Source of the DNA: Candidatus Poribacteria bacterium
GTDB lineage: Bacteria > Poribacteria > WGA-4E > PCPOR2b
Reading direction: 5' to 3'
DNA length: 64,000 bases
NCBI GenBank assembly: GCA_965218095.1
Contig: OZ244587.1
Span: 544,001 to 608,000 of the forward strand
The translations under genes and the position numbers were made by a program. Of the stretch, positions 39,313 to 50,532 are shown one piece after another. Below the pieces are notes generated by a model. The model was not told where the DNA came from. It saw nothing but the letters and a program-made list of their open reading frames with translations, and did not search any database. Every line of letters starts with the position of its first letter. The first letter of the stretch is position 1.

Positions 39313-40203
39313 TCATGCATCACGTCTCGGTTTCAGTCTGCCGTCGTGCGCAATTGGGTCTTCCCCGATCCACCGCTGGTCAACCGGCTCGGATGCCAAC
39401 TGATACCGTGTATCCGAGGTAATGCGGATGCGATTCACCGGCGAACAGTTATCGAGCGAACAGTGCATGGTGTACATGGTAAACATCAGCATGTCGCCCA
39501 CCTTGAAGTCCGTGGTGAGCCACCTGCTCCCAAACCTCTCCTGCACTTCTAGCGGGTTTCTGCTGAACCAGCCACCGGCATAAGGTCCATCGACATCGCG
39601 GTCAACATCCATCGCGCCATAAGTGTTTTTCAATGCCTCCAACTTGTGGGAATTTTCCAAAATCAGGAGCGTACCTTCGATCTTCAGCACGTCGCCGATA
39701 GGAATCCAGGTCGTGTACAGATTCTGCGTGCCGCGTCCCATGTACACCCAGTCGTAATGCGAGCCCGTCGCCCCGCCGACCTTCACGGTGCGAAGCCAGA
39801 TATAATCGAGCGATCGGACTTCACCGCCAAGGAATTTTTCGTAAAACCGGATCACATTTCCGCGATGCACAAGTGCGCGTATGGCTTCTCCTACACGGAG
39901 GTCTTTGTTAAACTGTTTGATGTCAACCCGTCGCCTCTCGGACTGACCGGACGCAATGCCCTCGATTAAGGGATGGTTAGTTGTGTCAATTTCTCCAATG
40001 GAAGCGAGTTTTTCTAAGATTTCGCGCCGCGCTGCCATAACGACTTCCTGATTAAGCACGTCACGCATGAACAGATAGCCGTCTTCTGCCATTCTTTGGC
40101 GTAATGCTCTCACATCGTCCAGAATATCGTTGGAGGCTCGCAGTTCGCCAAATTTTTCGGGACGGGTATCCAGTTCATAACCAAATGAAGTGAAGGAACT
40201 CAA
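39313..40203 (-). CDS. PhyH-family dioxygenase
   Basis: EDGYLFMR, HYDWVYMGRG, WIPIGD, MHCS, DTRYQ. Confidence 0.85.
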   Translation of the reverse strand: MSSFTSFGYELDTRPEKFGELRASNDILDDVRALRQRMAEDGYLFMRDVLNQEVVMAARREILEKLASIGEIDTTNHPLIEGIASGQSERRRVDIKQFNKDLRVGEAIRALVHRGNVIRFYEKFLGGEVRSLDYIWLRTVKVGGATGSHYDWVYMGRGTQNLYTTWIPIGDVLKIEGTLLILENSHKLEALKNTYGAMDVDRDVDGPYAGGWFSRNPLEVQERFGSRWLTTDFKVGDMLMFTMYTMHCSLDNCSPVNRIRITSDTRYQLASEPVDQRWIGEDPIAHDGRLKPRRDA

Positions 40204-40302
40204 AATACAGTCTCCTAAGCAAGTGGAACACGGGGTTGATGGTCATTCCAAACGACTGAAAGAAAATCTTCCCGTTTCCCGTAAATACCGGAAGCTTATA
40301 GC

Positions 40303-40413
40303 TTGACTTTGTTACATTCGTCCCCCGGCCCCGAATTCCCCGATGGGATCGGGACAGGCTGGGGGAGTTTGTGCGATTCTCCCCTTGGAGACGGGGCCGG
40401 GGAGGCAAGCCAA
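40303..40413. repeat. GC-rich palindromic MITE-like repeat, copy with a 21-bp insert
   Basis: TTGACTTTGTTACATTCG..CCCCCGGCCCC..GGGGCCGGGG; homologous to 41703-41793. Confidence 0.8.
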
Positions 40414-40469
40414 CAGTGGATCTGCCGATGAGATCTTTTAATCTAACAAAGTCAAGATAGACCTATGAC

Positions 40470-41669
40470 TCAGATCTGTTGGATATTCAGTTCAGGTAAA
40501 ACAGGACTATCTGCTCTGGGCAGATCTCCGAAGATTGGACGAAAATAGTCAATTCCTGCGTCCGAAATTTGATAATTTTGTGCATCATAAAAGCGGTGAT
40601 CTATCCGACGTGGGATGGCCCGACCTGCCTCATCAAGTTTAATCACCTGTTCTAAAGGGATCAATTTCGGCTGGAGCCCGTCTTCGGTGCGCATGATCGT
40701 TGCTACATGGTTGACTTTTCCTTCGGCGATTGCCTCGACAGCTAACCCTCCGGCTTTGAGCGCATAATCGCGATCTAGCGGTATCGGGCTGCCACACCGC
40801 TGGAGATACCCGATTATGAGATGCCGGAAGCTAGACGCTGGAATTTTCGGTGAGAGACGTCTTTTCATTGCTTCTGCAATGAATTCTGAACAACCGCCGG
40901 ACTTGGTGTGACCAAAGGGATCGAGCTCCTCCTTTGAACTTGTCATCAATTTGCCCTTTTGATTCCGAATCCCTTCCGACACAACGACGATTACGTTTCC
41001 TTTCTCGGCATATTTTTTCTCAATGGTTTCTGCTAACCGATCCGGTTCATAAGGGACTTCAGGCACGACAATCACATCCGCATGACCATAAGCCGACGAG
41101 AGTGTGAGCCAACCGGCATCTCGCCCCATCGCTTCAATGAAGAAGATCCGGTCATGCGAAGAGGTCGTCGTCCGGAGATCACGGACATAACGAATCAGGC
41201 GGCTTGCCGCTGTCGGGAAACCGGGGCAAAAGTAGTTGATAATCTGCGAGTAATCGATGGAATCCCCCTCGGGAGCATTGATACCGACATCGTTATCAAT
41301 GGTTTTGGTCACAAACGCTGTCGGGAACCTCTCCTTCAGCGCTGCGCCGACGGTAAGCGTATCGTCTCCACCGATGGCGATCAGTCCATCAATGTTGAAT
41401 TTGCGGAGATTATCAACGGCTTCATCCATCCTATTTTCGGCGATGAGATTGGTCCGCGAAGTTTTAAGTAATGTCCCGCCCTGATTTTCGTCAATTAGAT
41501 CTGGAGAGAGTGTGAAGTACGATCCGCCCTTCAGAATCCCTTTCCACCCCTTCATAAATCCAATCAGTTCAACACCGAGTTCCTCCGCCTTCCGCGCAGC
41601 GCCTTGGAGTGTCGCATTGATTGCACTTGTGTCTCCGCCGCCTGTTAAAATGCCAATGCGCTTAGCCAT
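40470..41669 (-). CDS. pfkA: 6-phosphofructokinase, likely PPi-dependent
   Basis: ILTGGGD, GGTLLKTSR, IGGDDT, KTIDND, EAMGRDAGW, GYLQR. Confidence 0.88.
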   Translation of the reverse strand: MAKRIGILTGGGDTSAINATLQGAARKAEELGVELIGFMKGWKGILKGGSYFTLSPDLIDENQGGTLLKTSRTNLIAENRMDEAVDNLRKFNIDGLIAIGGDDTLTVGAALKERFPTAFVTKTIDNDVGINAPEGDSIDYSQIINYFCPGFPTAASRLIRYVRDLRTTTSSHDRIFFIEAMGRDAGWLTLSSAYGHADVIVVPEVPYEPDRLAETIEKKYAEKGNVIVVVSEGIRNQKGKLMTSSKEELDPFGHTKSGGCSEFIAEAMKRRLSPKIPASSFRHLIIGYLQRCGSPIPLDRDYALKAGGLAVEAIAEGKVNHVATIMRTEDGLQPKLIPLEQVIKLDEAGRAIPRRIDHRFYDAQNYQISDAGIDYFRPIFGDLPRADSPVLPELNIQQI

Positions 41670-41702
41670 ATTCGCTCAACTCCTTTCAATTACCCTTTTA
41701 AT

Positions 41703-41793
41703 TTGACTTTGTTACATTCGCCCCCGGCCCCCAATGCTGGGGGGAGTTTGTGGAATTCTCCTCCCAGCATTGGGGGCCGGGGGGGCAGGCCAA
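41703..41793. repeat. GC-rich palindromic MITE-like repeat
   Basis: CCCCCGGCCCCCAATGCTGGG..CCCAGCATTGGGGGCCGGGGG; half copies at 50219-50252 and 57959-57989. Confidence 0.85.
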
Positions 41794-41796
41794 TCC

Positions 41797-42864
41797 TTAA
41801 TCCAACTCCGACAACTTAACCGGTCTGCCCGCTGTTGCCGAAAGATCGGCAGCGAAGATAATACGGTGCGACTCAAATGCCGTGTCGAAATCGGTCAATG
41901 GCATCGGTTCGCCCTCGCTAATGCTGTCGACAAATGCCTGAAACTGCGGTTCATAGGGGTGGTCGCTCACGTCTCCCGAATCAATGAGCGAGGTTTCGAG
42001 CATACTCCACCTATCCTTGACCATCCCCTTCAGTTTCGCCGAGTAAATTCGATTGTCCAAAAGGCTGCCTTCGCTGCCGACCAGATGAATATGGAAGTAG
42101 TAAGGCTGGAAGCAATCCACACAGGAGGTGACTTTCGCAATCCTGTCCCCCCCTTCAAACTTGAGAATCGTCACGCTCGTCGTTTTGTATTCATATGGCG
42201 CGAAATCCTTACTCTGCGATTGGGTGTGATAGCTCGTGACCTCCTCAACCTTCCCATCCATGAAGAACAGCAGGGCATCGAGCGCGTGGCAACCCCCGGT
42301 CAACAGAGAACTGCCACCGAAGTCTTTTTTGATGTTCCAACTGTACTGACCGTACCAGGGCCCAATCCCGTGGTAGTAATCCACCTCACCGAAGTGCAGA
42401 TCGCCGAGCAAGCCCTCATCAATGACGGAGCGGATTAGCGTAAAGTGCATGCTGTAGCGGCATTCAAAGCAGACACATACATTTACGCCGGCCTTCCGAA
42501 TCGCATCGCGTACCCTTTTGGCATCTTCATAAGAGAGGCAGATCGGCTTCTCGATGATCAGGTGCTTCCCCGCTTCTGCTGCGGCGATTGCTTGTTCGGC
42601 ATGAAAAGGGTGCGGCGTGCAGATGTCCACAATATGAATGTCCGGATCGGCGAGCATCGCTTTATAGTCCGTATAGGCTTTCAGCGGTGTATCGTACTGC
42701 TGCTCCAATTCCGCTTCATCACGCTCACGACGGGAACAGATTGCCGCCACATTTCCGCCCTGAACTGTCTTAAATGTCTCGATATGGGCGCCGGCGACCC
42801 AGCCCAGTCCAACAATACCAATGTTCAAATCACTCATTTTGCCTCCGAACCTCCTCCGTTTCAT
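41797..42864 (-). CDS. Gfo/Idh/MocA-family oxidoreductase
   Basis: [30 protein letters not shown]. Confidence 0.92.
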   Translation of the reverse strand: MKRRRFGGKMSDLNIGIVGLGWVAGAHIETFKTVQGGNVAAICSRRERDEAELEQQYDTPLKAYTDYKAMLADPDIHIVDICTPHPFHAEQAIAAAEAGKHLIIEKPICLSYEDAKRVRDAIRKAGVNVCVCFECRYSMHFTLIRSVIDEGLLGDLHFGEVDYYHGIGPWYGQYSWNIKKDFGGSSLLTGGCHALDALLFFMDGKVEEVTSYHTQSQSKDFAPYEYKTTSVTILKFEGGDRIAKVTSCVDCFQPYYFHIHLVGSEGSLLDNRIYSAKLKGMVKDRWSMLETSLIDSGDVSDHPYEPQFQAFVDSISEGEPMPLTDFDTAFESHRIIFAADLSATAGRPVKLSELD

Positions 42865-42887
42865 TTATATTTCAGTGATATCCTTCA

Positions 42888-42960
42888 GTTCGTAGTAACA
42901 CGGCGCCAAACGGCGATAAATTGCCCCGCTAGATCGGGATGCAAGCACCTAACTACGAAC
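42888..42960. repeat. GTAG-type REP-like element
   Basis: GTTCGTAGT..ACTACGAAC inverted ends. Confidence 0.55.
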
Positions 42961-42987
42961 GAAGTCAACGCTTTCTTTTTCTAACAG

Positions 42988-43067
42988 TGCCGTCAATTTA
43001 AGCCTTCCTATACTCTATACTGATTTTAAGTCTATGTCAACAAATTTTTCAGATCAAATTGACGGCA
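42988..43067. mobile_element. MITE-like element with TGCCGTCAATTT ends
   Basis: 12-bp TIR whose core is shared with 60950-61030. Confidence 0.6.
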
Positions 43068-43222
43068 ACACCGCATGTCGCAGTTCCGGTCAAAGTCGTT
43101 ATGCTCGGCAGCGACAATTCGTTAGATAATCCAATTTCGACAACGTTAAGCGATGAATGGGGAAGATACTGATTCACCAACCTCAAGCCAGATGAGTCTG
43201 CGAAAGAGCGAACATTTTCCTC

Positions 43223-43251
43223 TTGATCTATATCAGATATTGTTGTATAAT
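43223..43251 (+). promoter_or_regulatory. sigma70-like promoter for the TonB-dependent receptor
   Basis: TTGATC-17 nt-TATAAT. Confidence 0.55.
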
Positions 43252-43357
43252 CACCCAAGTCGATTCATGCTGTCACCGCCAGTGGACTGAAAGCAATCGT
43301 ATTAGACATTACCTTTCAAATTGTTCACTTAATTTTTCAAAATAACAGGAGGACCTA

Positions 43358-45850
43358 ATGAAACTCACGTTTTTGGTTTCACTTTCAATCGTTGTATTGT
43401 TTATTGCTTCGCTCAACGCACAAGATGCAGCGGAAGCACCATCCTCAACAATCGAACTTGAGGAAGTCATCACCGTCGGTACGCGGGTGCCGGAGCGGAG
43501 TCGTCTCGATTCACCGGTGCCCGTTGATGTCATCAGCGCAGACGACATCCGCAAGACGGGACATACCGAAGTGGGGCGCGTTTTGCAGACCTTAGCCCCG
43601 TCGTTCAATTTTTCGAGCTCCTCAATCAGTGACGGCACAGACACGCTGCGTCCCGCGACGCTCAGAGGTCTGGGACCCGATCAGGTGCTGGTGCTGGTCA
43701 ATGGGAAACGGCGTCACGGAAGTGCGTTGATTCACGTCAACACCTCTGTAGGGCGGGGCACAGCGGGCGTAGACATGAACGCGATTCCCGCAAGTGCCAT
43801 CAAACGGATCGAGATCTTGCGTGATGGCGCGTCGGCGCAGTACGGCTCGGACGCGATTGCCGGCGTCATCAACATCGTCCTCAAGGATGACTATGAAGGC
43901 AGTTGGGACTTCTCTAATGGTCAAACTTACGAAGGTGACGGCGAAACATTTATATTGGGTATGCATAATGGTTACAAACTCGGCAAAGATGGCACCCTTA
44001 ATTTGGCGTATGAAGTCCGCAGACGGTGGGCGACGAACCGCGCCGGATTGGCAGGTGTCGTTCAATTTCCCGATACCAAAATTTTGCCGGATAGCGACCC
44101 GGCCCAAATCCTTGCAGACCGCGGCAATAAAGAAGCGGACTTCGATCGGCGAAACTTCCGTATCGGTGACGCGGAATCTTATCAGCACGCCTCCGTCTTT
44201 AACTTAGAGTTGCCGATTGATGGCGTTTGGAAGGGGGCAACTGTTTACAGCTTCCTCAGTACATCAATTCGTGAGAATACAAGTGCGGGGTTCTACCGCA
44301 GAGCCAATCAATTAGACCGAAACCCACCCGGCTCTGCATATCCCGGCGGTTTTCTACCGTTGATTAACACAGATGTGACGGATCTCTCCATCGGAACCGG
44401 GCTCAAGCGGACGTTCGATAGCGGTTTGCGGATGGACACGAGTGTCGCCGCAGGCGGAAACGTCTTTGCGTTCAACGTCAGCAATTCGCACAACGCCTCG
44501 CGTGTCACGGCGGTCGGTATCAGCCCATCATCCGCCGACGCCGGCGAGTTGGCACTCTTCCTCGCCACAGCGAACCTCGATTTTGCGTTTCCGATGGATT
44601 GGGGGAACATCGCGTGGGGCGGCGGATTTCGGAACGACAACTACCAGATCAGCGCGGGCGAAGAACTTTCCTATAAGGATTACGACGGTCCCGGCGGCGC
44701 GGCGGGCGGCATACAGGTTTTCCCTGGCTTCCAGCCTGAGAATGAGGTGGACGAAAATCGGAACGCTTTCTCTTTCTACACCGATGTCGAAGTGCGCCCG
44801 ATCGAAGGGGTACTTGTCAGTCCGGCGGCGCGGGTCGAAAACTACAGCGATTTCGGAACGACGCTCAACGGCAAATTGGCGTTGCGCTACGAACCGCTCG
44901 AAAAGTTCGCCCTGCGCGGCTCGGCAAGCACCGGGTTTCGCGCCCCCTCAATGCAACAACTTTTCTTCAACAACGTCAGCACGCAATTCAACACAGTTGA
45001 TGGACAGCAAATCGCCCAAGAGATCGGCACGTTCCGCAACGATAGCGCGATCGCGGAAGCCGTCGGCATCCCTGCATTGAAGGAAGAAACCACGCTCAAT
45101 CTCACCACCGGATTCATTCTCCGACCGCTCCCTCGGCTGACGCTCACGACTGACCTGTATCAGATCGGCATCAAAGACCGCATCATCATTAGCGGACGTT
45201 TGGCGAGCGACGACGAAGGAATTCCGGCAAGCATCAGAGCACGACTTGCGGATTCGGGCGTTGCGGGCGCGCAATTTTTCATGAACGCCGCGGACACCCG
45301 CACGCAGGGCTTAGACCTCGTTGCGTCCTATGCGCAGCCGGTGTTCAATCAGGGGACGCTTGCGTTTAGTATCGCCGGAAACTACACGACGACGGAGATT
45401 ACCGATGTGAATCTCCCCGCCAATCTCCCCGATTCGCTTTTCACCGAGCAAGACCGCTCAATCATTGAGACGTGGCAACCGAAAGACCGCGTTTCGATTT
45501 CGAGCCGATATTCGGAGGAAAAGATTTCAGCGGACATCACCGTGCATCGGTACGGGGAGTACACAGTGCTCGATGGTGGCGAAAGCCAAACTTTCACGCC
45601 GAAGTATCTAACCGACGTTCAGTTTAGCTACCAATTTGGTAAATTCGGCAGACTCAAAATTGGCGCGAACAACCTGTTCGATGTCACCCCCGACGAAAAT
45701 CAGATCGGTCAAGCGCGAGGCGGGAAGATCTTGGACGCTTCGGGGAATGTGATTGTCGATTCGCCCGGCGTGTTCACCTATTCGCGGCGTTCCGCACCGT
45801 TTGGGTTTAATGGCGGGTTTTATTATGTCGGTTGGGAGAATGCATTCTAA
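43358..45850 (+). CDS. TonB-dependent receptor
   Basis: Signal peptide, EEVITVGTR TonB box, LRGLGPDQVLVLVNGKRR plug, RIEILRDGASAQYGSDAIAGVINI, terminal F. Confidence 0.95.
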   Translation: MKLTFLVSLSIVVLFIASLNAQDAAEAPSSTIELEEVITVGTRVPERSRLDSPVPVDVISADDIRKTGHTEVGRVLQTLAPSFNFSSSSISDGTDTLRPATLRGLGPDQVLVLVNGKRRHGSALIHVNTSVGRGTAGVDMNAIPASAIKRIEILRDGASAQYGSDAIAGVINIVLKDDYEGSWDFSNGQTYEGDGETFILGMHNGYKLGKDGTLNLAYEVRRRWATNRAGLAGVVQFPDTKILPDSDPAQILADRGNKEADFDRRNFRIGDAESYQHASVFNLELPIDGVWKGATVYSFLSTSIRENTSAGFYRRANQLDRNPPGSAYPGGFLPLINTDVTDLSIGTGLKRTFDSGLRMDTSVAAGGNVFAFNVSNSHNASRVTAVGISPSSADAGELALFLATANLDFAFPMDWGNIAWGGGFRNDNYQISAGEELSYKDYDGPGGAAGGIQVFPGFQPENEVDENRNAFSFYTDVEVRPIEGVLVSPAARVENYSDFGTTLNGKLALRYEPLEKFALRGSASTGFRAPSMQQLFFNNVSTQFNTVDGQQIAQEIGTFRNDSAIAEAVGIPALKEETTLNLTTGFILRPLPRLTLTTDLYQIGIKDRIIISGRLASDDEGIPASIRARLADSGVAGAQFFMNAADTRTQGLDLVASYAQPVFNQGTLAFSIAGNYTTTEITDVNLPANLPDSLFTEQDRSIIETWQPKDRVSISSRYSEEKISADITVHRYGEYTVLDGGESQTFTPKYLTDVQFSYQFGKFGRLKIGANNLFDVTPDENQIGQARGGKILDASGNVIVDSPGVFTYSRRSAPFGFNGGFYYVGWENAF

Positions 45851-45853
45851 CTA

Positions 45854-46625
45854 GGTTCTGTTGACATTTCAAGGGAGCCATATAAGAGTGGAGACAAAGC
45901 TGAGAAATCCAAAATAACGGACAGCTAGCTTCTCAAACCGAGAGAAGATACGACGATACCATTTTATCTTGTTGATGAAACATTCAACACGATGACTTTT
46001 GGGCGGTATCACCGCAATCGCTCCATTCGCCTCAATAACCGCGATAAAAGCGTCCGAATCGTACCCCTTGTCTCCAATCACATATTCACTGTTATATCCG
46101 ATTATCAACCCTTCCGCCTCAGTTATGTCATGTCTCTGACCGGGGGTCAGATGAATTCTTAGGGGATTGCCTAGTCCGTCAACTGTAATGTGATTTTTTG
46201 TACTGAAACCGCCCCGAGACCGACCTAATGCTTGGTTTTCAGTGCCATCGTTTTTTTTAAGGCGCCCGCCGCAGACGGGTGAGCGCGGCAGATGGTACTG
46301 TCAACAATAAGCGACTCGATATCGGGGTCAGAGGCAAAGTAGTGGTGCATCTGTGTGAAGATACCTTTGTCGCACCATCGAGCAAACCGCTTGTAGCGGG
46401 TGTTCCATTTGCCATAGGTGTCTGGTAGAAGTCTCCATTGAGCACCGCTACGAGTCACCCAGAGAACCGCTTCGACGAAGCGGCGTGTAGCAGCTTCGTC
46501 GCTAACATAGATGGTGGGACAGCTAAGAAGAAACCGGTATATCTTATTCCATTGGTCATCAGGTAAGGTTATTGGCGTCATTCTTCTATTATGCCACAAC
46601 CTTATACTCAAATGTCAACAGAACC
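45854..46625 (-). mobile_element. IS5-family element copy 2, with a 48-bp internal deletion
   Basis: Same TIRs and near-identical to 11702-12521; deletion between TCAAC.CGATG microhomologies. Confidence 0.92.
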
Positions 46626-46706
46626 CAGATACACGCCCTCCAAAAAATAAAGCGTGACGAACCCCGCTTCAGTCCATCACGCTTTACTTTGACGACGCCT
46701 GACGTT

Positions 46707-49145
46707 TTATTCGCCCTTCCGAATCACGAGTCGATAGTGCTGACCAATCTTCTTGGTGTCGGTAATCTCATGCCCGTCATTCGTTAGGCTCTTGGGGACA
46801 TTTTCAATCGGTTCGCCATCGTCAATCGTGATTTCGAGCAGCTGACCAACATTCATCGTCTCCAAACGAATTTTCGCTTGCACATAGTTGAACGGACACG
46901 CCACGCCTTTGAGGTCGAGGCTATCAACGATCTCCTCAACTTTCTCAGCCTTAGGTGGTGCTTTGGGGATGCGAGCCGGTCTGGCTTCTCGTTTCTTGCT
47001 TCCTGCTTCTTCCTCCTGCCGAATCCGCATACGTCCGTAGACGTTATGCGATTCTTCAACGAAAAGGGTCGCTTCTTCGACGCGGCGGTGGGTGAGCTCC
47101 CTATCAAAGGTGCTGGTATCCTCCTCAGCCGCCCTGAACAGATGCGCCCCAAAACCAGCGAAGAAAATTCCCGGCTCAAAGAACCGGTTTCGGAATTCCT
47201 TGACCGTCGTCTCGTTGTCAATGTGTTGCAGCCCTTCGGTTGTCAGCAGCGCATCTGCGGCTTTAATCATAGCTTCAAAGGCATGTTGAGCGGAGTCCAC
47301 ATATTCATCTCGTTCGAGCTGTAGCCCAGCCTCATAGATGAGCCGATCTGCTTCTTCAAGTATGAACGAGACCAACTCGACCAACGCCCCCGCGCACTCA
47401 CCGACGCCCGTTTTGAGTTGAAACTCCTTTGTATCGCCGGTGTCAATATAGTAACTGGGGTCTTCCTCGAAGGAGGGAATCTGGTCGTATTCGCGGAGAA
47501 TCGCCTTGATTTCGACCTTGCCGAGCCTCGTGATGAAGTCGGTGAACGATTCATCGTCATGCCGTTCATCAAGATACTTGCCCGTCAAGCGTTCGATGAG
47601 TTGTGGAATATTCTTGCCATGGATTTTTCCGGCGGCAAGTCCATAAGCATTTGCGTTCTCAGTGGCATGGCCGCCCAAAATGAGCTGGTAATACGGCGCA
47701 ATGTGTTCGCCCATACGCCTTGATGAACCAAAGAAACCGATGTTCGCAACGTGATGTTGACCGCATGAGTTGGGGCAACCGCTGATTTTGATTCGCAGGT
47801 CTTTGATCTCATCTTTCACACCAGTTTTGATGAAATGCTCTCTCAGGTAGGCAGCTAACCCACGGGAGGATGAAATGCCCAGTTTGCAGGAATCGGTGCC
47901 GGGGCACGCCGTAATATCGACTGTGCTTTCGGCGCCCGCCGCACCCAAGCCAATAGCCTTGAGCTCTCGATAGAGGGCCGGCAGATCGCTCATACTGACC
48001 CAACGTAGAACAAGGTTCTGCTCAACGGTCGTGCGGATGGTGTCTTTGACATACTTGCGGGAAATACTTGCCAACGCGCGAGCTTGGTCAGCGGTGATGT
48101 CTCCAAGCGGCAGCGTGATATTGACAACTGCGTATCCCGGCTGACTCTGCAGACGCACATTCGTCGCATGCCATTCATCAAATCCTTCCGGCTTCGCGGC
48201 TCCATTCAGTTGCGTCGGCGGTTTCAGCGGCGTTTCGTTGTATGCATCCAGATTATCCAGATAAGCTGTCCATGCGGGGTCATGGCGTAGTTGCTCACGT
48301 TCTTCAAGTACAAGACGACGAAATTCTTCAATACCGAGCTTTGCTACGACGAACTTCATCCGCGCCTTGTTACGATTTTTGCGTTCGCCGAGGCGGGTGA
48401 ACACCTTTGCAATTGCTTGTGAAATCGGCAGCAATTCCTCTTCAGGCACAAATTCATCAAAGACTTTTGCTTGGTGCGGCACAGCGCCAAGACCGCCGCC
48501 GACAAGCAACTTAAATCCACGCTTCGGCTTTCCATCGATCTCTTTAATGACGGCAACCGCACCGATGTCGTGCATGTATCCTAAGCCACAAGCGTGTTCA
48601 TGGCAGCCGGAGAACGCGATCTTGAATTTACGCCCGAAATCTTGTGCATCTTGATGTCCCAACAGAAACGCCGATAGCGCTTTTGAGTGAGGCGTCACAT
48701 CAAACGGTTCGTCGTTGCAGACACCAGCGAGTGGGCAGGCGGTGACGTTCCGAACCGCATTGCCACACGCTTCCTTGGTTGTAATGCCGACGGAAGCCAA
48801 TCGCCGCATTAACTCTGGCGTATTATTAATATCGACATAATGATATTGCACATCCTGGCGAGTCGTGATATGAATGATATTATCCGAGAATTCCTCAGCA
48901 ATATCGGCAAGCATTTCAGTCTGTGTCGCGCTTAGACCACCGAATGGGATCTTCACGCGAATCATCTGTGAACCATCATCACGCTGTCCATAGACGCCGT
49001 GACGTAGTCTAAATTCGAGGAAAATCTCCTCTGGCATCTGACCTGCCTGGACGCGACCGAGCTGCATCTCATAAATTTCAATCGCACGGGCGGCGTCCTC
49101 AGGAATTGCCTCTGCGTTAAAAGGCGCTAAACTTTCTGTCGCCAT
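46707..49145 (-). CDS. Ferredoxin nitrite/sulfite reductase with C-terminal HEPN-like and TusA domains
   Basis: GVYGQR, HITTRQ, RNVTACP, RKFKIAFSGC, CPGTDSC, SGCPNSCGQH; LDLKGVACP tail; start taken as MATESL. Confidence 0.9.
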   Translation of the reverse strand: MATESLAPFNAEAIPEDAARAIEIYEMQLGRVQAGQMPEEIFLEFRLRHGVYGQRDDGSQMIRVKIPFGGLSATQTEMLADIAEEFSDNIIHITTRQDVQYHYVDINNTPELMRRLASVGITTKEACGNAVRNVTACPLAGVCNDEPFDVTPHSKALSAFLLGHQDAQDFGRKFKIAFSGCHEHACGLGYMHDIGAVAVIKEIDGKPKRGFKLLVGGGLGAVPHQAKVFDEFVPEEELLPISQAIAKVFTRLGERKNRNKARMKFVVAKLGIEEFRRLVLEEREQLRHDPAWTAYLDNLDAYNETPLKPPTQLNGAAKPEGFDEWHATNVRLQSQPGYAVVNITLPLGDITADQARALASISRKYVKDTIRTTVEQNLVLRWVSMSDLPALYRELKAIGLGAAGAESTVDITACPGTDSCKLGISSSRGLAAYLREHFIKTGVKDEIKDLRIKISGCPNSCGQHHVANIGFFGSSRRMGEHIAPYYQLILGGHATENANAYGLAAGKIHGKNIPQLIERLTGKYLDERHDDESFTDFITRLGKVEIKAILREYDQIPSFEEDPSYYIDTGDTKEFQLKTGVGECAGALVELVSFILEEADRLIYEAGLQLERDEYVDSAQHAFEAMIKAADALLTTEGLQHIDNETTVKEFRNRFFEPGIFFAGFGAHLFRAAEEDTSTFDRELTHRRVEEATLFVEESHNVYGRMRIRQEEEAGSKKREARPARIPKAPPKAEKVEEIVDSLDLKGVACPFNYVQAKIRLETMNVGQLLEITIDDGEPIENVPKSLTNDGHEITDTKKIGQHYRLVIRKGE

Positions 49146-49242
49146 TATTTTCTCCTTCTCATTGATGGGGTTGGTATAACAAGTGAATGTCCTGAGTTCG
49201 TTTAATTGGAGATGTCCAAATCGAGGGGCATGCACACACGCT

Positions 49243-49302
49243 ATAGATGACCAATTTGGTCAGATTTATACGGAAAAATTAACGACCAATTTAGTTGAGT
49301 TT
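49243..49302. promoter_or_regulatory. Tandem Rrf2/IscR-type operator-like sites
   Basis: ATAGATGACCAATTTGGTCAGATTT and ATTAACGACCAATTTAGTTGAGTTT, 35 bp apart, upstream of the sulfite reductase. Confidence 0.55.
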
Positions 49303-49339
49303 ATTATAATATACATGATCTGATAAATCAAATTTATTT

Positions 49340-49368
49340 TTGACATGTATGTAGGAGTGCAGTATAAT
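49340..49368 (+). promoter_or_regulatory. Consensus sigma70 promoter
   Basis: TTGACA-17 nt-TATAAT. Confidence 0.75.
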
Positions 49369-49515
49369 AGAGCGGATCTGATAATTGTAGGCCGCTTTTC
49401 CAATCTACACCGATCTTTTGTCAAAGGTAAGGACATCTTGACCTGCAATTGCTTTGGTTTTTCTCCCACTCACCCGCCTACCCTTCCCACTTCCTGCTTA
49501 ATTATGCGATGCCCA

Positions 49516-50260
49516 ATGCTTGCAAAATTCAAACAGCGCAGTTATGAAGCCGAATTGATGGATGATTTCTCGCTTGTTGGTCCCGAAGTTGGATCAGACA
49601 TTAATGGAGCTTCGTCTGGTCAACGGCTATCTCGGTGGTTTGAGCGCAACGCTAGCCGCCCTGGCGCCTGAACTTCAGAGAGATCCAACGCGATCATATC
49701 GCATTCTCGATCTCGGTACAGGTTCGGCAGACATACCCGAAGGCATCGTGCGTTGGGCACGGAAACAAGGCATTCATGTGGAGCTCATCGCCACCGACAT
49801 CAACCCCTATACCTACGCTTATGCCCGTTGCTGCGTTGAGGATTTCCCAGAAATCGAAGTCGTTGCCGCTGATGTATTTCACCTCCCCTTCGCGGATGGC
49901 GCATTCGATTACACCCACGCGGCGATGTTCACCCATCATTTTACGCAAGAAGAATGCGCGGCGATCCTCAAAATTATGTATGCCAAAGCCACTCGCGGTA
50001 TGATTATCAATGATCTCCACCGTCACGCCTTCGCTTACTACTCAATCAAGTTCCTGACACGGCTGTTCTCCAAAAGCCACCTTGTGCAGAACGATGCTCC
50101 ACTCTCCGTCCTTCGTTCCTTTCGTCCGGCCGACATCGAGGAGTTGAAACGCAAAAGTGGAATTGAACTTCAGTATCAATGGCGTTGGGCATTTCGGTGG
50201 CTGATTACGGCAGATGTAATTCGTCCCCCGGCCCCCAATTCTGGGGGAGTTGTTCCATAG
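49516..50260 (+). CDS. Class I SAM methyltransferase, frameshift near the 5' end
   Basis: RSYEAELMDD in one frame; ILDLGTGSADIP, FTHHF, INDLHRH, DAPLSV in the listed ORF. Confidence 0.78.
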
Positions 50261-50532
50261 TCAAGGTAAAACGTAAAGATGTGGTAAAATAGAGAAAGGA
50301 AGGGAGATAATTTATGTCCCCAAATTTCCGCTTCGGATACCCATTCACTTTATGAAAAAGAGTGTGGAACACGATGATCAAAAGCAACCGAGATACAACA
50401 GTATTCCCAAGCAGGTTTCCCGTAAGGATTCGGATTAAAAAGAACCTTTTATCCGTTAGTCAGAGATCCGTTAGCCAAAAGAAGAAATTCGTGAAAATCC
50501 GCGTTATCCGTGTTCCATTCAAACCGTCGCTC

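Noticed and set aside
39218-39330. Degenerate heptamer runs (ATCACGT/ATTACGC) and ACTTTAG runs at 60597-60631
   Set aside because: Short, low-complexity intergenic repeats with no evidence of function from this window
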